A stretch of DNA of 64,000 bases from assembly GCA_964016885.1 (NCBI GenBank), contig OZ024743.1:225246001-225310000 (forward strand), read 5' to 3'. A model generated the notes under the pieces. That model did not search any database and had not been told where the DNA came from. It was given only the letters and a program-made list of their open reading frames with translations. Positions 27,550 to 44,054 of the stretch are shown in pieces (the first letter of the stretch is position 1; each line of letters starts with the position of its first letter). This DNA is from Eledone cirrhosa. Its lineage: Eukaryota. The position numbers were made by a program, and so were the translations under genes.

Positions 27550-28050
27550 AATTTAAACCTATCTTTAATTGGGTATTCATGCCAACCCTTACCTATGGTT
27601 ATGAATCTTGGCTAATGCTGAAAGAATACAATTGTGAATACAAGCAGCCGAAATGGGGTTCCTCCAAAAGGTCTTTGGGATAACATTACTTGATGGAGTG
27701 CATAGCGAGGACATCAGAGAGTTGCTCCACATAGAACTATTATTTCTCCGATTTGAGAGATCATGGCTCCAATACTATGGCATGTGGTTAGAATGTCACC
27801 AGAAAGAATCTCTGGATAGATTTTACAAGGAAAACCAAATGGCAGGAGACCCAAGGGTAGACTCCAAGCAACATGGTTGGATAACATCTGTGAGCTCAGC
27901 TGGTTTAGCTCAGGGATCCTGCTGAATCAATTAGAGATGGTTGCTTATGACAAGACCCATTGGAAGGAGTGTTTGAGGACTCTTCCCTCATGACCCTTCC
28001 AAGAAGAAGAAGCTAGCAGGTTAAACAGACGATAAATGATGATGATGATG
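27550..28050 (+). mobile_element. Degenerate RTE 3' fragment (different subfamily)
   Basis: PTLTYGYESW, EMGFLQKVFG..., ERSWLQYYG, GRRPKGR-like remnants; (GAT)n tail. Confidence 0.65.
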
Positions 28051-28063
28051 GCATTATATATGC

Positions 28064-28086
<23 letters not shown>

Positions 28087-28098
<12 letters not shown>

Positions 28099-28358
28099 TA
28101 TGCATATTGTTATGCTTTGGGAGGGTCATGTTGCCAATAAGAAACACACGCACCAGTTGCTTTCAGTCCAATTTATTATAAATTAAATTTATAAATTTAA
28201 GAATTTATAAATTTCTGGTTGGTTGGTTCCACAACCGGACGGTTGTTCATATATTGTTAAAGATCTGTCGGCACACATTCTGTGACCTCTTCAGTGACTG
28301 GGGATTCTTTTCTTCGTTTCTCTCCTTTGTTCTGTCCTACGTCATCTTGTTTTTGTGT
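28087..28358 (-). mobile_element. Solo 3' end/pLTR of the Neptune-like PLE, with mutated HHR (28256-28298)
   Basis: Matches 60918-61190; minus strand GTCA-CTGAAGA-gGTCAC..GTGCC-GACA-GATC-TT-TAAC; another partial copy at 30660-30803. Confidence 0.75.
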
Positions 28359-28536
28359 GTATATATATATATATGCATATATATATATATGGATATATAT
28401 ATATATATGGATATATATATATATATATGGATATATATATATATATATATATTCATATATATATATATGCATATGTATATATATATATCCATATATATAT
28501 ATATATCCATATATATATATATATATATATATATCC

Positions 28537-28567
<31 letters not shown>

Positions 28568-28839
28568 TATATATATATATGGATATATATATATATATAT
28601 GCATATATATGCATATATATATATATGGATATATATATATATATGCATATATATGCATATATATATATATGGATATATATATATATATATATGCATATAT
28701 ATATATATATGCATATATATATATATATATATATGCATATATATATATATATATGCATATATATATATATATATGCATATATATATATATGCATATATAT
28801 ATATATGCATATATATATATATGCATATATATATATATA

Positions 28840-28875
<36 letters not shown>

Positions 28876-28903
28876 TATATATATAAATGCATATATATAT
28901 AAA

Positions 28904-28951
<48 letters not shown>

Positions 28952-29303
28952 TATATATATATAGAAAGCGCAGCCATATATCGCCAAGTTTAATCTCAAC
29001 TAATTGGGAGATTATTATTATGGATATATATATATATATATAAATGCATATATATATATATGCATATATATATATATATATATGGATATATATATATATA
29101 TATCCATAATAATAATCTCCCAATTGGTTGAGATTAAATTTGGCGATATATGGCTGCGCTTTCTAGCAGCAAGCCTACCCGCCGTAAGCAACCAATCACA
29201 CGCTTTCTCACTGGCTGGCACACAGCTACATAGCGATTTTAGCCATTTTTTAATCTAAATTTGGCGCGGCTGGTTAGAAATACTAAATGTCTGATTTTGA
29301 GTT

Positions 29304-29381
29304 TATCTCCTGATGATCCTAACTCTGGATAATTCATATTATTTGGATGTCCTAAATAAGGAAGAAACCATGGTAGAGATA
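29304..29381 (+). ncRNA. Type I hammerhead (branched helix II, palindromic helix III)
   Basis: TATCTC-CTGATGA-TCCT...AGGA-a-GAAA-CCATGG-TA-GAGATA. Confidence 0.7.
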
Positions 29382-29973
29382 TAATTACGGTATGTGCGCA
29401 TTTCTTCTAAGTTTAATTTTACTACTAATTGTGTGTGGTTGATGGTATATTTGATCGAATTCTGCATGCTGCCGAAATGTTGGATAAATAATGGAACGGG
29501 GCTGCCGCGAAGAGGCTACAATCGATTGTTTGTCAGAGATTTCCCCATAAGAAAATTTATTCTTAAAGCTTGCTAGATTTGATTTTGTATATGGTTAATT
29601 ACGCTAATTAGAAGAAGAAATAGTATATATTTTAATATCTGATAATTCTATAGACATGTTTTATGATATAATGCTCTGATTTTTTGATTTTAATTTATTA
29701 ATTCTTCATTGAGCTTAAAATTGAACGGTTGCAACATATATATATCTTTAATTTTATGTATATGATAACCTTTATATTTAATAATCTCCCAATTGGTTGA
29801 GATTAAATTTGGCGATATATGGCTGCGCTTTCTAGCAGCCAGCCTACCCGCCGTAAGCAACCAATCACACGCTTTCTCTCTGGCTGGTACACAGCTACAT
29901 AGCGATTTTAGCCATTTTTGAATCTAAAATTTGGCGCGGTCGGTTACAAAAACTAAATGTCTGATTTTGAGTT

Positions 29974-30051
29974 TATCTCCTGATGATCCTAACTCTGGAT
30001 AATTCATATTATTCGGATGTCCTAAATAAGGAAGAAACCATGGTAGAGATA
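29974..30051 (+). ncRNA. Type I hammerhead (second copy)
   Basis: Same motif, offset by +670. Confidence 0.7.
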
Positions 30052-30224
30052 TAATTACGGTATGTGCGCATTTCTTCTAAGTTTAATTTTACTACTAATT
30101 GTGTGTGGTTGATGGTATATTTGATCGGATTCTGCATGCTGCAGAATATATATATGCATATATATATATATATATGCTTATATATATATATATATACATA
30201 TATGCATATATATATATATATATA

Positions 30225-30280
<56 letters not shown>

Positions 30281-30285
30281 TATAT

Positions 30286-30364
<79 letters not shown>

Positions 30365-30480
30365 TATATATATATATATATATGCATATACATATATATA
30401 TATATATATGCATATATATATATATATGCATATATATATATATGCATATATATATATATGCATATATATATATATATATA

Positions 30481-30572
<92 letters not shown>

Positions 30573-30871
30573 TATATATATATATATATATGCATATATA
30601 TATATATATATATATATATGCATATATATATATATATATGCATATATATATATATATATATTGTTATACTTTGGGAGGGTCATGTTGCCAATAAGAAACA
30701 CACGCACCAGTTGCTTTCACTTCAATTTATTATTAATTTATTATATATTTATAAATTTATAAATTTACAAATCTATAAATTTCTGGTTGGTTGGTTGGTT
30801 CCAAAGTATAACAATATCGGTTTCAACACACGATTTCAGATAAAGAATCTTGCTAAACAAATTCAGAAACG

Positions 30872-30922
<51 letters not shown>

Positions 30923-31068
30923 TATATATATGCATATATATATGCATATATATATGCATATATATATATATATATTTATATATGCATATATATATGCATA
31001 TATATATATATATATATGCATATATATATATATGCATATATATATATATATGCATATATATATATATA

Positions 31069-31137
<69 letters not shown>

Positions 31138-31336
31138 GCATATATATATATATATGCATATATATATATATATATGCATATATATATATATATATGCATA
31201 TATATATATATATATATGCATATATATATATGCATATATATATATATATGCATATATATATATGCATATACATATATATATATATATGCATATATATATA
31301 TATATATAAGCATATATATATATATATATATATGCA

Positions 31337-31645
31337 TAAGGAGCAGGTATTGCAATAGCCTGGGATTCAAGGGCCCTCAACTCTTCAACAGGCTGCCGAG
31401 GCATCTGCGAGACTTGCATGACGTGGAGGTGGATGTCTTTAAGAAACATCTCGACACCTTGTTATCCAAGATCCCGGATGAGCCCACAGCAAGACACGAG
31501 GGAAACCTAAGGGCAGCAGCAACAAACTCACTCCTACACCAGTGGCCAACCTATACAGGCTGGAGATAAAATGTGTAGCAACAAGGGCGGTGCCCCAGCA
31601 TGGCCTCAGCCGGATGGCTGAAACAGGTAAAAGAGTAAAAGAGAA
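31337..31645 (+). mobile_element. 3' end fragment of a CR1/L2-like LINE plus SINE-like tail
   Basis: [19 protein letters not shown]...[16 protein letters not shown]...NSL C-terminal motif; tail GGTGCCCCAGCATGGCC...TAAAAGAGTAAAAGA. Confidence 0.6.
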
Positions 31646-31721
31646 TATATATGCATATATATATATATGCATATATATATATATGCCTATATATATATAT
31701 ATATATATATATACGCATATA

Positions 31722-31763
<42 letters not shown>

Positions 31764-31849
31764 TATATATATATATATATATATATGCATATATATATAT
31801 ATGCATATATATATATATATATATATGCATATATATATATATATATATA

Positions 31850-31889
<40 letters not shown>

Positions 31890-31916
31890 TATATATATAT
31901 GCATATATATATATGC

Positions 31917-31958
<42 letters not shown>

Positions 31959-31968
31959 GCATATATGC

Positions 31969-32001
<33 letters not shown>

Positions 32002-32006
32002 ATATA

Positions 32007-32062
<56 letters not shown>

Positions 32063-32089
32063 TATATATATATGCATATATATATATGC

Positions 32090-32123
<34 letters not shown>

Positions 32124-32377
32124 GCATATATATATATATATATGCATATATATATATATATATGCATATATATATATATATATGCATATATATATATATA
32201 TATATATGCATATATATATATATATGCATATATATATATATATGCATTTATATATATATATATGCATATATATATATATATATGCATATATATATATATA
32301 TATGCATATATATATATATATGCATATATATATGCATATATATATATATATATGCATATATATATATATATATATGC

Positions 32378-32409
<32 letters not shown>

Positions 32410-32411
32410 GC

Positions 32412-32506
<95 letters not shown>

Positions 32507-32687
32507 TATATATATATGCATATATATATATATTGAAATTTCAGTTTGAAACAGAAAAGGTCATAGAAATGAAGAGTGCTCTTTCTATTTCATTTCTATT
32601 TTTATATATTTCAATTTCTATTTCATTTATCTATATATTTTTTTTGATTTTCTTGAAGTGTTTTTCTAAGTATTTGCCCATGTTTTA

Positions 32688-32767
32688 TATTGCCTCGTCT
32701 GACGAACGAATGAAGTCGTTTATTTCGTATTCGCCTCATTCGGGAAACCTCTGGTAATGAGGTAATA
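32688..32767 (+). ncRNA. Type I hammerhead in an orphan pLTR-like island (32533-32790)
   Basis: TATTGCCTCGT-CTGACGA-aCGAATGA..TCATTCGg-GAAA-CCTCTGG-TA-ATGAGGTAATA; 11-bp helix I. Confidence 0.75.
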
Positions 32768-32907
32768 ATATTGTATTGATTTTATACATTATATATATAT
32801 ATATGCATATATATATATATGCATATATATATATATGCATATATATATATATATGCATATATATATATATATGCATATATATATATATGCATATATATAT
32901 ATATATA

Positions 32908-33015
<108 letters not shown>

Positions 33016-33044
33016 TATATATATATATGCATATATATATATAT

Positions 33045-34040
33045 CATAAAACATGTCTATAGAATTATCAGATATTAAAATGTATACTATTTCTTCTTCT
33101 AATTAGCGTAATTAACCATATACAAAATCAAATCTAGCAAGCTTTCAGAATAAATTTTCTTATGGGGAAATCTCTGACAAACAATCGATCGTAGCCTCTT
33201 CGCGGCAGCCCCGTTCCATTATTTATCCAACATTTCGGCAGCATGCAGAATCCGATCAAATATACCATCAACCACACACAATTAGTAGTAAAATTAAACT
33301 TAAAAGAAATGCGCACATACCGTAATTATATCTCTACCATGGTTTCTTCCTTATTTAGGATATCCAAATAATATGAATTATCCAGAGTTATGATCATCAG
33401 GAGATAAACTCAAAATCAGACATTTAGTATTTCTAACCGACCGCGCCAAATTTAGATTCAAAAATGGCTAAAATCGCTATGTAGCTGTGTACCAGCCAGA
33501 GAGAAAGCGTGTGATTGGTTGCTTACGGCAGGTAGGCTTGCTGCTAGAAAGCGCAGCCATATATCGCCAAATTTAATCTCAACCAATTGGGAGATTATTA
33601 AATATAAAGGTTATCATATACATAAAATTAAAGATATATATATGTTGCAACTGTTCACTTTTAAGCTCAATGAAGAATTAATAAATTAAACTAAAAAAAT
33701 CAGAGCATTATATGTCTATAGAATTATCAGATATTAAAATATATACTATTTCTTCTTCTAATTAGCGTAATTAACCATATACAAAATCAAATCTAGCAAG
33801 CTTTAAGAATAAATTTTCTTATGGGGAAATCTCTGACAAACAATCGATCGTAGCCTCTTCGCGGCAGCCCCGTTCCATTATTTATCCAACATTTCGGCAG
33901 CATGCAAAATCCGATCAAATATACCATCAACCACACACAATTAGTAGTAAAATTAAACTTAGAAGAAATGCGCACATACCGTAATTATATCTCTACCATG
34001 GTTTCTTCCTTATTTAGGACATCCAAATAATATGAATTAT
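33045..34040 (-). repeat. ~1.5 tandem copies of the same unit (659-bp period), inverted; HHR at 33329-33406 (-)
   Basis: Reverse complement of 29110-30143; the spurious 60-aa ORFs repeat at 33134 and 33793. Confidence 0.9.
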
Positions 34041-34352
34041 GCATATATATATATATGTATATATATATATGCATATATATATATATATATGCATATATAT
34101 ATATATGCATATATATATATATATATATGCATGTATATATATATATATATGCATATATATATATATATGCATATATATAGATATATATGCATATATATAT
34201 ATATATATATATATGCATATATATATATATATATGCATATATATATATATATATATATATGCATATATATATGCATATATATATATATATATATATATAT
34301 TCATATATATATATATGCATATATATATATATATATGCATATATATATATAT

Positions 34353-34536
34353 AACGAAGGAAATGTGGTAAGGAACCAGGTGGACCATAACGCACCAAAG
34401 TACTCAATACTTGAGGTAGTAGAGTGGATAATAGGAACCAGTAAGACCCCGACAGCTGAGCTCAAGCCGTTTCGACGGCTAATTCTGAATTAGCCGTCGA
34501 AACGGCTTGAGTTCAGCTGTCGGGGTCTTACTGGTT

Positions 34537-34541
<5 letters not shown>
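34353..34541. repeat. Inverted copy of the PLE family C terminal segment, ending in a near-perfect fold-back
   Basis: 34353-34490 is the reverse complement of ~38168-38301; palindrome 34431-34541 centred on AATTCTGAATT. Confidence 0.8.
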
Positions 34542-34598
<57 letters not shown>

Positions 34599-34648
34599 TA
34601 TAGATATATATGCATATATATATATATATATATGCATATATATATATA

Positions 34649-34686
<38 letters not shown>

Positions 34687-35202
34687 TATATATATATATA
34701 TATGCATATATATATATGCGTCCGTTTCGTCCTTTGTACCTTTACCCTTTCTAGTTCTTTGTACCTTTTACCCTTTCTAGCAGTCTCTCTCTCTGTTAGC
34801 CTCTTCCTCAACTTTCACTCACTCATTCTCTGTCACTACCTCTCCTCCTCCTCTTTCCTTCTCCGCCTTCAAGTTTGACCTGTGCGTAATTCTTTTCTCG
34901 CGCGTCCTGGTCAAGCTGGTATCAAATTTTTTTTCTCTCTCTCTTTCGTCTGCGACTTCACAAAACTTATGTTTACCGAATTCGTAGACCAGACCCCTTC
35001 TTCTTCTTCTTCCCCCCCCCCCGTTAGACTTGTGCGAAATTCCTTCCTTGCTCACATTTCAACCAGGTTTGATGGTCTTTTGTCTCTTGTTCACGATTTC
35101 ACCGAGTTTATATTCATAGAGATCTGGGACTTGTCTATTTCTTCTCACCTTCCGTTGCTTAAACCATTTTGTTTGTTACCCTAACGTCCCCTTTATTTAC
35201 GT

Positions 35203-35304
35203 GTCCCAACGACTTTTTTTAGCCGTTGTTCGCACCAACCTGAGGCATATGGCCCTTAAAGCGATGAAATGCCTGGGACGGTTGGAGGGTCACTGATGAA
35301 GGAC
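35203..35304 (+). ncRNA. Non-circularly permuted (pseudoknotted) hammerhead candidate, copy 1
   Basis: AGGCA-T-A|TGGCCCT...GAAA-TGCCT...AGGGTCA-CTGATGA-aGGAC; helices III and I are interleaved. Confidence 0.7.
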
Positions 35305-35358
35305 TCACTTTTTCATATGCACCACCATTTGCAACGCGCAGCCATCATTATTATCATA

Positions 35359-36351
<993 letters not shown>

Positions 36352-36403
36352 ATATAATAATAATGATGGCTGCGCGTTGCAAATGGTGGTGCATATGAAA
36401 AAG

Positions 36404-37339
36404 TTGCCCCCTCGACAACAGATGCAGAGACCGTAATGTGATCTACCAGTGCAACGTGAGCACGGACACCTCCAACAAAGCTTATATAGGATTGACCGCA
36501 TGCGACTTCAAGACCCGGCTATACCAACACAGACATACCTTCCGAAACCCGGCCCGGCGTCACGCCACCTCACTTTCGGGCCACATATGGGACCTCAAGG
36601 ACAACAACATCAACTATGATCTCACTTGGAAATTACTGTCCAGAGCCAACTCCTACACGGGAGGACGCCGTCCGTGCAATTTATGCTCGGAGGAAACATT
36701 ACAAATGCTGTTTTCGACGGACCAACTCCTTAACAAGAAAGATGAACTGGTTACTGCATGTAAACACCGATTACGTAGGACTTACCTCGCCCTCAAACCC
36801 CATAATGACCCGGGGGGGGGGGGGGGGGGGGTAGCCTATAACACCCCACTTGCCTATTTTGTAATGGGTAACCCCTGCTTGCCTATGGAGACGTAAGATC
36901 TTCCTTTACACCTTTTTTTTATCGATCCAGTATCTCTTTCTTTTTCCCTTTTTCCCTTTTCTCTCTTTTTCCTGTATTAATTTTCCGTTCTTTATTTTTA
37001 ATTCGTACGACTTTTCTTGTAGCTTGTATAAGACTTTTTGTTTCGTGGCGGTACCCTTAGAGTTAGCACCAGTATTTTTTTGCGGGACCCTGAATTACAT
37101 TCTCGTACTAGTCTACTTTCTTGCACTGGGTGGTTGCTGGCCCGGTGTTTGGGGTAGAAACCGTTATTTATTTATTTTTTTCTTGGTGGTCTCTGTAGTA
37201 CTCCGACCCCCCCCCCCTCTGTTGACCCGTCACCGTACGATACACGCACTTATACCCCGCATAAGGGTCCCCTTTTCTCCGTCACACCTAGGTTTTTTTT
37301 CTACCATTATCATTTGTTTTCTTATTCTTTTTATTCTAC

Positions 37340-37394
<55 letters not shown>

Positions 37395-38301
37395 ATCTAT
37401 CTAACCATCCTTTTACTCACTTATTTGTTTATTTACTCACTTATGTATTTCTTGTGGAATATTATTTACGTATTTCTTATTTACTTATGTGGAATATTAC
37501 TTATGTATTTCTTATTTACTTATGTGGAATATTTTCTTATTTACTTATGTGGAATATTATTTACATATTTCTTATTTACTTATGTGGAATATTACTTATC
37601 TATTTCTTATTTACTTATGTGGAATATTATTCATGTATTTCTTATTTACTTATGTGGAATATTCTTTATGTATTTCTTATTTACTTAAGTGGGATATTAT
37701 TTTTTGTATTTCTTATTTACTTAAGTGGGATATTATTTTTTGTATTTCTTATTTACTTATGTGGAATATTATTTATGTATTTCTTATTTACTTATTTATG
37801 TATTTCTTCAGCCTATTTCTTAGTTACCAGATTCCGCTTATATTTCTTTTCTCTCCCAGTACCTTTTACTGTTTTACATTTTCATCGTTCTACTTACCGT
37901 ATTGACCTCCTCCCCCTCCCCTGCCTCCTCTTTGACCTCACACCCAGCTGTAGCTGGCACCACCAACGCATGAATGGGTCTACTCCGCCCCCTCTCCCCT
38001 TTTCTCCTACTGGCAGGTTTGGCTACCTCCCCCACCAACTTGCCATCGCTGAATTACTACTACCTTGTGGGATGACCTATCCTGGTGATTATCTCTTTGA
38101 CCATATATGGAATTGCCCCTTGACAAGTTCGGCTATTTAAATACCAGAACTGATTTTTCATTCAGTACAGAATTAGCCGTCGAAACGGCTTGAGCTCAGC
38201 CGTCGGGGTCTTACTTACTCCTATTTCCCACTCTACTACCCTAGGTATTGAGTACTTTGGTGCGTTATGGTCCACCTGGTTCCTTACCACTTTTCCCTCG
38301 C
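36404..38301 (+). mobile_element. 5'-truncated Penelope-like element family C (GIY-YIG C-terminus and long 3' UTR)
   Basis: [39 protein letters not shown] in and just upstream of ORF 36438..36896. Confidence 0.85.
37425..37810 (+). repeat. 35-bp minisatellite (~10 copies)
   Basis: Unit ~GTGGAATATTATTTATGTATTTCTTATTTACTTAT (GTGGAAT at 37454, 37489, ...). Confidence 0.9.
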
Positions 38302-40122
<1,821 letters not shown>

Positions 40123-40188
40123 TAGTTATATAATTTCCTCGATCATCTATTTAATTCTAGAAGAAATCCTCCTACCAACAAAAATCCA

Positions 40189-42322
40189 GTGCAATTCGAG
40201 GAGGAGTTAACTAACATTATAAAAAATCTTAAATTCAAGAGAAACCCTTACAGAGGACAAGAGCACCTTGTAAATCTCAAGAACAAAATTTCAAACCTAA
40301 ATTCCTCAAAAAATGTTTTAGTCCACTCTCACAAAACCAATAATTTATGTGGTATTTCCAAGGATAACTATAACAACCTTATCCTAAAGGAACTTAGGAA
40401 AAAATATCGTAAAACCAACCATGATAATTTAGAATCCATAAATTTTGAAGTTTCTGAGATTATGTCAAAACTTGGCATCGGAAAAAAGACCGAACCATTC
40501 CTCCCAAGAACTCCGAGGATAAATTTCAAGGATCACAAAAACAATTTTCGTACTGAACTACCTGTTAGATTAATCGCGCCCTCTAAATCAGATTTGGGGG
40601 TTGTTAGCAAAGCCATCTTGGATAGAATTATCCCACAGGTTCGTTCTAATTGCTCTTCTTTGAACTTAAATTTATGGTTTGGTACTTCTGAAGTGATTGG
40701 CTGGTTCAACAAATTGAATAATAAAAACAAACAAAAATTTATTCAATTTGATATTGCCAGCTACTATTCTTCTATTTCGCCCTCACTTCTCAACAATGCT
40801 CTATCTTTCGCTTACAAATATTCAGACATCACCACAGATGAACTTCACATCATTCTCACCGCACGTAAAACCATCCTAGAGTTCAACAATGAATATTGGA
40901 CCAGAGCTGATACCTCTAACAACTTTGACATCACAATGGGAGCATCCGATTCATCACAATTGACAGATTTAATTGGTATCTTTATATTGAACTTTTTGAG
41001 TCGGAAAATTCCTCAACTTCGTTAACCTTAATATTATTAAGAACAATATACGTAATCTCTTTAACCAACATAACTTAAAAATTGAATTTGATAACAGCAT
41101 CAAACTAGCTAATTTCTTGGATGTATCTCTTAATCTTGACACTGACCTATATTACCCTTACCATAAAAACAATGAGAACCTAAATTATGTTAATTTTAAA
41201 TCTAACCACCCCACTAATAGTAAGAATGCTATAGTTAGTAATATTGGAAAAAGAATATCTAACCTATCTTCTAATAAAAACATCTTTGATGCTAACGCCA
41301 ATTACTATAATAACGCGCTTTCTAAAGCCGGTTATCCTGATAAAATCAAATATAGTAAAGAAACAAATTCTAGAAGATCTTACAGTAGAATAATTAATCA
41401 TGATCATTCCAATGACTTTAATAAAAGACCTAGATACAAAAACATAATCTGGTATAATGCTCCTTTCTCCATCTCTATTACTAATAATAATATTCCTAAA
41501 TTATTCTTTAGTGCCTTAAATAAATGCTTCCCTCCCTCACATATCTATAGTAAAATATTTAACAAACACACTATAAAATGTTCCTATTCGACCTCCTCCA
41601 ACATCTCCAACATTATCTCTAAACACAACAATAAAATACTAAATATTAAATCTCTTCCTTCCAACATTGAATATCATAATAATAATAATAGTACTCCCGA
41701 CGTCATTGTAAACTCTAAGCTAATTTCTGCAAACCCAAATACAACGTCAAACGCAACTTTGTTAAATGTTCTTAATTCCATTCTAAATCAAGAAACTAGT
41801 ATTCCTATCGTAAATAACTTCTCAAATCTAATTCCTTCTATAGATAACACTAGGTTACTTGTTAATAACTCTGCTAATCTCTCTAATCGCAATTGCAATT
41901 GCCCTGTTAAAAATAAATGTCCTCTCAACAACCATTGTCTTGAAAAAAACTTAATCTACGAATGTAAAGTTATAACTGACACCAATTCCTTCACCTATTT
42001 TGGCTCCACTTCCACCTCCTTTAAAGCTCGTCTTTATAATCATCATTCGTCTTTTAAATACCAACTTAAAAGAACCAACACGGTACTCTCAGAACTCATA
42101 TGGTCCTTGAAAGACAAAAATATTAACTATAACATCTCTTGGAAAAAGGTTTCTTCTGCTTCTCCATACTTGAACAGTTCTCTATCCAAGACATGCAATC
42201 TCTGTTTAAGTGAAAAATTTACCATTATATCTAATTTAGATTCTATAATAAATAGACGCACTGACTTGTTTTCTCTCTGCTTGCATAAATTCCACAGAAC
42301 ATTCCATAAAGTATACAGCTAA
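40189..42322 (+). pseudogene. PLE RT-GIY-YIG ORF broken by deletion of the YRDD motif
   Basis: ORFs 40189..41025 and 41117..42322; comparison with 57960-58030 shows 53 bp missing at ~41021. Confidence 0.85.
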
Positions 42323-43283
42323 TATCTAATACTTTATCAATTTAAAATCCTTTTCTCAAAGGCACATATATATATATACATATATATTTCTTTAAAAATA
42401 TACCCATCTTTCTACCTTATTTCAAAGTTATTTATTATACATTATATAATACTAGTTACTCATTCTATATCACTCCTATTTATCATTTCCCTTTATTTCT
42501 CTTTTCCTTTTCTTTTCTTTTCTTTCTTTCTTTTACTTTTAATTTCTAATCCCTAATCTGTACCTTTTCCGCCTTGATACTTCTCAATTATCATTGTGCC
42601 TAACGTAGAAACAATTATTACACAGCACAATATATTCTTACTTTATATCACCTCGAAAAAATCCTTCGTAAACAAACATTTTTTTGACGTTAGATTATTC
42701 ATCCTCAATTCATTATTTTTTTCTTCCTTTCATGCTCATCTAACTTATTCATCCAATCTTCTAGTTCTTTCACAATATATCCTTACTTACATTACTATTG
42801 CTATATTTTTATATTTTTTAAATAATACACATCAACAATTTCTTTACATCGCACATATTATTAATCCATTAAATATTATTCTTAATACCTATCACAATTT
42901 CTTTTCATTGCACATATTATTAAACCCTTCAATATACAAACCTTAACTTAACATTATTTTTCTCTTCGTTAATTTTCAAATTCTTTTAATTTATATATTA
43001 TCTTCCAACGGTTTTTCAACCTCTCTATGTAAAACAATATATTTTTTCTCAGTTATAAAAGCTATCTCTCTCTCGCTCTATCACCCATCTCTCCTCCTAT
43101 CTCATTATACTCCTCCCCCTCCACTTTTTACTCTCATCTCCTCCTCTTTTTCATCCTTTCCACCCCCCACCCCCTCAACATTTTTTTCCCCAATATCACA
43201 CATCAATCTAAAACTACTTTTCATATGTTGATTTAAAACTGCACTATTCACAAGTGTGTTTTAACCTTCATATCATATCTCCC

Positions 43284-43354
43284 TATTTTATCTGACGAAA
43301 ACGCAAATGTTATTGCATGATGATATTTGTTTTTGAAATGCGCATAATAAAATA
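43284..43354 (+). ncRNA. Type I hammerhead, PLE family A pLTR
   Basis: TATTTTAT-CTGACGA-helix II-GAAA-TGCGCA-TA-ATAAAATA. Confidence 0.8.
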
Positions 43355-43384
43355 CATGGAACTCTTTTAACCATCTTTTGATCT

Positions 43385-43419
<35 letters not shown>

Positions 43420-43435
43420 CATATATATATATATA

Positions 43436-43489
<54 letters not shown>

Positions 43490-43584
43490 TATATGTACAT
43501 ATGCACATGTATATATATATGGGTCCCACCCTTGCAAGCAGGGAAAAGCGGACGTAAAATGATGATGAAGATGATATATATATA

Positions 43585-43617
<33 letters not shown>

Positions 43618-43623
<6 letters not shown>

Positions 43624-43915
43624 AAAAAGAGATGAAATCGAAAATGCAACTGGAGTCTTATTTTAAAAAATATATATATATATTTATTTTGTTCCTTTAC
43701 CGGTTTCACAGTTCTTCTGCTTTTCAAAAGTAGAGTTGAGATGGAGGTTCTGTGGTTTTTCTCAGATGTGAGAAAAACCACAGACCCTCCATCTCAACTC
43801 TACTTTTGAAAAGCAGAAGAACTGTGAAATTGGTAAAGGAACCAAATAAATATATATATATATTTTTAAAAATAAGACTCCAGTTGCATTTTCGATTTCA
43901 TCTCTTTTTCTTTAT
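43618..43915. repeat. ~300-bp near-perfect fold-back palindrome with the 3' half of an HHR
   Basis: Arms centred near 43765; GTGAAA-CCGG-TA-AAGGAAC on the minus strand of the left arm. Confidence 0.85.
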
Positions 43916-44054
43916 ACTTTCACTCGTGTAGGACACCTCGGTTATTTATCAATTTGTAAAAAAAACCTCACTTTCTAATATATATATATATATAAATTAT
44001 TAAAAAAATAATGAATAAACAAAGAAACAGTTCCTTATATTAAACAAAAAAAGT

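Larger units (their letters stand above)
29108..30143 (+). repeat. ~1.5 tandem copies of a ~670-bp hammerhead-containing unit, with a short inverted tail at 28962-29025
   Basis: ATAATCTCCCAATTGG at ~29112 and 29781; HHR cores 670 bp apart. Confidence 0.9.
40125..43392 (+). mobile_element. Penelope-like element family A (Nematis-like, tentative), 5'-truncated, with pLTR
   Basis: RT motifs KDHK..PVRLI, QFDIASYYSSI, ITMGASDS, FLDVSL; WYNAPFS; CNCP..CPL..C linker; LIYECKV..YFG GIY-YIG; 3' UTR and pLTR. Confidence 0.9.

Noticed and set aside
29191-29268. CCAAT box and E2F-like TTTGGCGCG in the 670-bp unit; TGACGTCA in the 631-bp unit
   Set aside because: Short motifs that could occur by chance; no transcription evidence.
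29394-29576. Repeated 60-aa ORF (also 33134, 33793)
   Set aside because: GTG start, no recognisable domain; it recurs only because the unit is repeated.
37425-37810. 35-bp periodic repeat resembling a CRISPR array
   Set aside because: Head-to-tail minisatellite with no unique spacers, no cas genes and a eukaryotic context.
38150-38210. CTGAT...GAAAC near the end of PLE family C as a hammerhead
   Set aside because: The core reads CTGATTT and GAAAC lies within an AGCCGT/ACGGCT hairpin; I could not build helices I and III.
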